Below are positions 58,784 through 64,000 of a stretch of DNA of 64,000 nucleotides, in pieces. The translations under genes and the position numbers were made by a program. Source of the stretch: Deltaproteobacteria bacterium (GTDB taxonomy: Bacteria; Desulfobacterota; Syntrophia; Syntrophales; UBA2210). Positions within the stretch are counted from its first letter, which is position 1, and every line of letters begins with the position of its first letter. The DNA is taken from NCBI GenBank assembly GCA_019313385.1, contig JAFDBG010000001.1, positions 2,667 through 66,666 on the forward strand, given 5' to 3'. Below the pieces are notes generated by a model. That model made no database searches. It was not told where the DNA came from and saw only the letters and a program-made list of their open reading frames with translations.

Positions 58784-58951
58784 TACGAAAAGTAACCGTG
58801 GGAGAAGGTGTCCCTAAAAACCTCGGGAGGGAGGTGACTGCAGGGGGGGTGTAGTGTGGCCCCGAATGAGGAAGGGGCAATCGAAGATGTTTCAGCTTAA
58901 TATGTAAATTTAAGGGGTTTAAGACAACAAGAATTCAGGAGGAGAACAAAT

Positions 58952-60355
58952 ATGAAGAAATTATTGGTGGTTTTGTTCGCACTCGGACTGGTGTTTGCAT
59001 TTTCAGCGCCCGTGATGGCGGCAGATATTGACGTAAGTGGATCCTATTATGTCAGAGGCTGGTATGACTCCAACAGCGCCCTGGAAAAAGAGAGCACGGC
59101 CAATGCCCTTTATCAGCAAAGGCTGCGCGTAATGACCACCTTCAAGGTAGTGGAAGGCCTGAAGCTGACGACACAGTTTGACGCCCTGGAACAGACATGG
59201 GGATCAACTGCGCCAGCGGCACAGGATGCCGCGGATTCCACTACCGGGATTCACTCCGGATGGTCAGCCGACACAGCGGCCGGCAATGTTTCAATGGAGA
59301 TGACACGGCTGGATTTCGTTACAAAGGTCGGTCTCATCAGCGTGGGTTACTGGGACACCAACTCCTGGGGTCTCACCTTCGGAAACAACACCTTCAAGGT
59401 TGGCAGGATCCAGTGGACGGTCCCGATAGGCGAGAACTTCTACGCGGTCGCCGGGCTGGAGAAGGACTATGAAGGCGACAGCAAGGACGGAAGGACTGCC
59501 AACACAGCTCTGCCCACCCCCCTCCCTCCGTCGCTTGGTGGAGAATATTCCGATACCGACAATGACGCCTACATACTTGCAGGTATCTACAGGAGCGAGG
59601 GAATAGAGGCAGGGCTCCTCTGGAAACATGTGAGGAACGCCTCTCAGCGGCCGTCTATATTCGGGGCTGTTAATCCTCCTATAGAAAGCACTCTCATAAC
59701 GGCCGATGCGCTCACCCCCTATGCCAAGGCCACATTCGGAGACTTCTATGTCGAGGCACAGCTCTACTGGGCGGATGGACAACTAGAGTATGAAGATGCT
59801 TTTAGTGCAGTCCCCGACACTGACCTGGAGGGATTGTCCTGGTACCTGATGGGTAAATACACAGTCGGCCCCGCCTATGTGGGAGCCCTCGCGGCCTACT
59901 CGCAGGGAAACGATCCTAACTCAACCACTAAGGAAGGAGCCGTGGTCAACGGCGGATGGGACTGGAATCCCTGTCTTATCCTCTGGAATGACGACTTCAA
60001 CAAGAAGGCCAATGGCTATCTGGGGCACGAGGACGATGCCTACACCGACGGTCAGATGAGAAACGCCTTCCTGTATCAGGTCTTCGCGGGATGGAACCCG
60101 ATGAAGGATCTCGCCCTCAAGGCGTCTGTTTCCTATGCCAAGGCGGATGAAGATGAAGCAGAAGTAGGGGCGGGGTGGGATGATGAATACGGCACAGAGT
60201 TTGACATCACCGCCAATTACAAGATCTACGACAACCTCGACTACATGGTGGGGTTCGGCTATTTCATGGCGGGTGACTACTACAAGGGAGCTGTTGCCAC
60301 CACCACGGTCGACGACACCTATCTCCTCGTACACAAGCTGACTCTGAGCTTCTAA
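58952..60355 (+). CDS. predicted outer-membrane beta-barrel porin (paralog 2)
   Basis: Signal peptide MKKLLVVLFALGLVFAFSAPVMA and C-terminus ...VHKLTLSF. Its composition and length resemble 55880..57229. Confidence 0.75.
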   Translation: MKKLLVVLFALGLVFAFSAPVMAADIDVSGSYYVRGWYDSNSALEKESTANALYQQRLRVMTTFKVVEGLKLTTQFDALEQTWGSTAPAAQDAADSTTGIHSGWSADTAAGNVSMEMTRLDFVTKVGLISVGYWDTNSWGLTFGNNTFKVGRIQWTVPIGENFYAVAGLEKDYEGDSKDGRTANTALPTPLPPSLGGEYSDTDNDAYILAGIYRSEGIEAGLLWKHVRNASQRPSIFGAVNPPIESTLITADALTPYAKATFGDFYVEAQLYWADGQLEYEDAFSAVPDTDLEGLSWYLMGKYTVGPAYVGALAAYSQGNDPNSTTKEGAVVNGGWDWNPCLILWNDDFNKKANGYLGHEDDAYTDGQMRNAFLYQVFAGWNPMKDLALKASVSYAKADEDEAEVGAGWDDEYGTEFDITANYKIYDNLDYMVGFGYFMAGDYYKGAVATTTVDDTYLLVHKLTLSF

Positions 60356-60389
60356 GAAGTGGACGCTCAACAACTGAGTTGAACGCGCA

Positions 60390-60423
60390 GGCCCCGGAGG
60401 AAACACTCTCCGGGGCCTTTTTT
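60390..60423 (+). terminator. intrinsic terminator of porin gene 2
   Basis: A 10-bp stem GGCCCCGGAG / CTCCGGGGCC, an 8-nt loop and T6 (60418-23). Confidence 0.85.
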
Positions 60424-60453
60424 AATGGGGCCACAGCCCTTAGGAGATATACC

Positions 60454-62070
60454 ATTAACAAAATCCATGGCAACACCACCGGTCTGAAGGCGGGTGACAT
60501 CAGGGATATCCAGCGGCTCTACCGAAGAAGGATACCCCCGGAGCGGATTGTCACCCATGAGCTGGCAAGAGAAATTGCCGGCATTTCGCGCCGCACGGGC
60601 CGGCAGACAGGCATTCTCGTCAGCCGACGGGGAGAGATCCTGTACGTGATCGTCGGGGATCACAGGCAGATCGTCATCCCGGACCTCGGCAGTTTCAGGG
60701 CATCCTCCGCGCGACTGAAGGGTCTGCGCCTCATCCATACCCACCTCGACGGAGAGGGGTTGACGGGGGACGACCTGACCGACCTCGCCCTCCTGCGTTT
60801 AGACATGATCTCGACCATAGAGGCCGAAGAAGACGGCCTCCCCGGCCCGATGCACACGGCGCACCTGATCCCCGAAAATCCCGGGGGCGAATACTGGCTC
60901 CTGATGGACCCAGTTCCTGTCTCCGGGGCAGACCTTAATTTCCTCGAATTCATACAGGCGCTCGATGAACAGTTCGCGCGAAGGCAGGGGATCAGAAGGG
61001 TGGATTCCACAGAGCGGGCCATACTGATACGCGTCGAGACGGACCCACTGTTCGACAGCGAGGAATCGATGGCTGAGCTGAGGGAGCTAGCCAGGTCCTC
61101 CGGTGTCGAGGTCTTTGATTCCGTCATTCAGCACCGTCACAGCTACGATCCAAAATACCTCATGGGCAGGGGAAGGCTCTCCGATCTGGTCATAAGGGCC
61201 CTCCAGATCGGCGCCAATCTGCTGATCTTCGACCATGAACTCTCCCCCGCTCAGGTGCGCTCCATCACCGATTTTACCGAGCTGAAGGTGATAGACCGAT
61301 CTCAACTGATACTGGACATCTTCGCCCGGCGCGCCCACAGCCGCGAGGGGAAGATACAGGTGGAGCTCGCCCAGATGCAGTACCTCCTCCCACGCCTCGC
61401 GACAAAGAACACCGCCATGTCCCGCCTGACCGGGGGAATCGGGGGCACCGGCCCGGGAGAGACGAAGTTAGAGATCAACCGGCGCAGGGCAAGGGACAGG
61501 ATCGGCCGCCTGAAAAAGGAGCTGAAGGACGTGCGGAAGGGAAGGGGCCAGCGGCGGCGGCTCAGACAGAAGAGGGGCCTGCCCGTCATCTCCATCATCG
61601 GATATACCAACACGGGGAAATCCACACTCCTCAACGCGTTGACGAAGAGCAGCGTCCTGACTGAAAATCTCCTCTTCGCCACGCTCGACCCGAAGAGTTC
61701 ACGGCTCCGGTTCCCGCGCGACAGGGAGGCGATCATCACGGACACGGTGGGATTTATAAGGAATCTTCCGAAGGAGCTTGCCTCCGCCTTCCGCGCGACG
61801 CTGGAGGAACTGGACGAGGCCGACCTGCTCATCCATGTCATAGACGTGGGCAATCCGGGCTTTGAACAGCAGATCGTCGCGGTGGAAACAATTCTGGAGG
61901 GGCTCGATCTGAGCAGAAAGAAGTGCATCCGCGTATTCAACAAGGTGGACATCTTCCCGGATAAGGATATACTTGACAATCTTTGCCGCAGATTCGAGGC
62001 GGTCCCCATATCGGCGCTGGACTCCGAAACCCTCCCCCCGCTGCTCGCGAGGATAGAGAAGGAACTGTAA
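60454..62070 (+). CDS. hflX: GTPase HflX (long N-terminal form)
   Basis: IHGNTTGLKAGDIRDIQRLYRRRIP (HflX N-domain), G1 GYTNTGKSTLLNALT, and DTVGFI and NKVD. The start is uncertain. The track TTG start 60379 overlaps the upstream terminator. In frame there is an ATT at 60454, 6 nt after AGGAGA, and no ATG or GTG lies near the conserved N-terminus. Confidence 0.85.
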   Translation: MNKIHGNTTGLKAGDIRDIQRLYRRRIPPERIVTHELAREIAGISRRTGRQTGILVSRRGEILYVIVGDHRQIVIPDLGSFRASSARLKGLRLIHTHLDGEGLTGDDLTDLALLRLDMISTIEAEEDGLPGPMHTAHLIPENPGGEYWLLMDPVPVSGADLNFLEFIQALDEQFARRQGIRRVDSTERAILIRVETDPLFDSEESMAELRELARSSGVEVFDSVIQHRHSYDPKYLMGRGRLSDLVIRALQIGANLLIFDHELSPAQVRSITDFTELKVIDRSQLILDIFARRAHSREGKIQVELAQMQYLLPRLATKNTAMSRLTGGIGGTGPGETKLEINRRRARDRIGRLKKELKDVRKGRGQRRRLRQKRGLPVISIIGYTNTGKSTLLNALTKSSVLTENLLFATLDPKSSRLRFPRDREAIITDTVGFIRNLPKELASAFRATLEELDEADLLIHVIDVGNPGFEQQIVAVETILEGLDLSRKKCIRVFNKVDIFPDKDILDNLCRRFEAVPISALDSETLPPLLARIEKEL

Positions 62071-62084
62071 TTTTTAATGCTTGA

Positions 62085-63944
62085 TTAACCCGGCGTCTCG
62101 TTCTTTTGAGCTTGAAAATATTCGAATATACTGTTCGCGGCGGCTTTCCCTATTCCCGAGACCTCTGCAAGCTTTTCACGAGACGCATTCGCTATGGTAT
62201 CCATTTCCCGAAAATATGCGAGCAGTGCGTTTTTTCTGGCTTTGCCGATTCCGGGAATGTCGTCCAGAACGGATCGGAAATCCGCCTTTTCCTTAACCTT
62301 GCGGTGGTAGGTTATTGCGAAACGATGGGCCTCGTCTCTGACCCTCTGAAGGAGGAGGAGCGCCCGCGGATGTCTGTCAAGATAGAGGGGGTTTTTCCTG
62401 TTCGGCAGATACACCCGGTCCCTGTCCTTGTAAATCCGGGATAATCCCCCTGCCAGGGGCGCGCGCGATTCCTTCGCGAGGCCGCAGACGTCAACTCCTT
62501 CCAGCCCGAGCCCGCGAAGCACGGAAAGGGCGACTCCGAGCTGGCCCTTGCCACCATCAACAACGATCAGGTCCGGCATGTTTACCCCTTCCCTGTAACG
62601 CCTCTCCAGCATCTCGCGCATCATCCCATAGTCGTCGGCCCCCTCTTTCATCTTTATCCTGAACCGTCTGTAACCTGATTTTTCCGGGACTCCCCGATTG
62701 AAGGAGACCAGCGAGCCGACGGCGTATTGCCCGCCGATATTGGATATGTCAAAACCCTCTATCCGGCAGGGCAGTTTTTTCAGCAGGAGGGCTTTAGCGA
62801 GGGTATCCAGCACCTCTTCGTTATTGGCCTCCAGCTTTTCTTCCGCCCGCAGGGCATTTTTGGCATTGGACAGCGCCATGGCAAGGAGGGCCTTTTTGTC
62901 CCCCCTCCGTGGAACGACAAGCGAGACCCTTCCATTCTTTTTTTCACCAAGCCACTGCTCCATGACCCGCGCGTCTTCCATCTGTTCGGGAACGATAATC
63001 TCCCCGGGCACGGTCACCCCCGTATTGTAGTATTGCTTCAGAAGAGACGAAAGCGCCCCGGACGATTCCATCCCGGTCTTCAGAATGGGGAAACCCCGCT
63101 GCCCGATGATCGCCCCCTTTCTCACATATATGGCATAGACCTGAATCCTGTCCCCCTCTCTGTAAAGGCCGAAAATATCCTGATCTCTGAAAGAGGCGGA
63201 GACTATCCTCTGCTTTTCCAGTGTTGCTTCAATCGCGCCGATCCGGTCTCTTGTCCGCGCCGCTTCCTCAAAATCCAGACCTTCCGCGGCCCTGTCCATC
63301 CGCGACCTCAGCTGCCGGATCAGGCTGCAGGCGCGCCCCTCCATGAACAGGATTGCCTCCGCCACAATCTTCCGGTAATCTCTGTCCGCGACAAGACCGC
63401 AACATGGCGCGAGACACCTGTTTATCTGAAACTCCATGCAGGGCCTCTTCCTCGTCTTGAGCTCCAGGTCCCGGCATGTCCGCAGGGGAAATATGCGGTT
63501 CAGATAACGAAACGTCTCCTTCACCGAAGAGCTTGATGAATATGGCCCGAAATATCTCGCGCCGTCTTTTTGCACGCGCCTCACTAACTGGAAGCGGGGG
63601 AAGGCTTCTTTCGTGTCGATCCTTATGCTGTAAAAATTTTTGTCGTCTCTCAGGTTGATATTGTACCGGGGCCTGTGTTTTTTTATCAGGTTGTTCTCAA
63701 GGATCAGGGCCTCTTTTTCCGTGTCGGTGACGATAAATTCCACGTCCCTTATCCTGGAGACCAGAAAGGGAATCATCCTCCTTGAATCAGTCCCCCCGAA
63801 ATATGAACGCACGCGGGCACGCAGATTTTTCGCCTTTCCGACGTAGATGACCCGCTCGGACGCATCCTTCATCAGATAAACACCCGGGCACCCGGGCGCG
63901 GTTTTTATCTTCTCCTGCAATAGATTCACATCATTTAATCCCAC
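62085..63944 (-). CDS. uvrC: excinuclease ABC subunit C
   Basis: GIY-YIG domain (PGVYLMKDASERVIYVGKAKNLRARVRSYF), a UVR domain, an endonuclease domain and a C-terminal (HhH)2. GTG start at 63944. Confidence 0.95.
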   Translation of the reverse strand: MGLNDVNLLQEKIKTAPGCPGVYLMKDASERVIYVGKAKNLRARVRSYFGGTDSRRMIPFLVSRIRDVEFIVTDTEKEALILENNLIKKHRPRYNINLRDDKNFYSIRIDTKEAFPRFQLVRRVQKDGARYFGPYSSSSSVKETFRYLNRIFPLRTCRDLELKTRKRPCMEFQINRCLAPCCGLVADRDYRKIVAEAILFMEGRACSLIRQLRSRMDRAAEGLDFEEAARTRDRIGAIEATLEKQRIVSASFRDQDIFGLYREGDRIQVYAIYVRKGAIIGQRGFPILKTGMESSGALSSLLKQYYNTGVTVPGEIIVPEQMEDARVMEQWLGEKKNGRVSLVVPRRGDKKALLAMALSNAKNALRAEEKLEANNEEVLDTLAKALLLKKLPCRIEGFDISNIGGQYAVGSLVSFNRGVPEKSGYRRFRIKMKEGADDYGMMREMLERRYREGVNMPDLIVVDGGKGQLGVALSVLRGLGLEGVDVCGLAKESRAPLAGGLSRIYKDRDRVYLPNRKNPLYLDRHPRALLLLQRVRDEAHRFAITYHRKVKEKADFRSVLDDIPGIGKARKNALLAYFREMDTIANASREKLAEVSGIGKAAANSIFEYFQAQKNETPG

Positions 63945-64000
63945 AGGCCGATCTCCATCTCTACACGCGACAGTTCTTTGATCTCGTCCCTGATCTTTGC
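63935..64000 (-). CDS. 3' end of an unidentified upstream gene (only 21 codons in the window)
   Basis: The minus-strand frame is open from the window edge: ...AKIRDEIKELSRVEMEIGLWD-TAA (63937-63935). It overlaps the uvrC GTG start by 10 nt. The fragment is too short to identify. Confidence 0.3.
   Translation of the reverse strand, partial: AKIRDEIKELSRVEMEIGLWD

Overview
The window is a gene-dense chromosomal segment with about 52 protein genes. I found no rRNA, tRNA, CRISPR array, transposase, integrase or prophage signature. Gene content suggests an anaerobic, Deltaproteobacteria-like organism, possibly a syntrophic fatty-acid oxidiser; this is inference only and I ran no database search. 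Housekeeping genes dominate: an amino-acid ABC transporter, typA, moaC, suhB, rodZ, tatA, ssb, uppP, ftsK, rimO, lysC, ubiE, ilvBN, mrcA, tatBC, gatCAB, mtnA, groESL, folD, hflX and uvrC. Positions 39-56 kb hold a beta-oxidation and electron-transfer island: two acyl-CoA ligases, thiolase, hbd, crotonase, an acyl-CoA dehydrogenase, etfBA with a fused membrane NarI/HdrD-like Fe-S oxidoreductase, and acs. Positions 55.9-60.4 kb hold a porin-lipoprotein-porin module. I do not see a convincing new multi-gene system such as a defence or mobile element. The most interesting signals are non-coding or contextual. (1) A Val/Leu-rich leader peptide with a five-segment CCGCGG attenuator lies upstream of ilvBN. 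(2) A ~175-nt long imperfect hairpin, a candidate structured RNA or MITE-like element, lies between folD and a Na/Pi-cotransporter gene. (3) A small REP-like palindrome family (TCCCGAT-TT-ATCGGGA) has one copy inside the rodZ coding sequence. (4) The two paralogous porin genes share a homologous promoter and GGA-rich leaders. (5) An orphan YtpB-like (tetraprenyl-beta-curcumene synthase family) gene is present. Several long ORFs in the supplied track are antisense shadow ORFs and are rejected. All coordinates and motifs were read by eye, so start codons in particular carry uncertainty.
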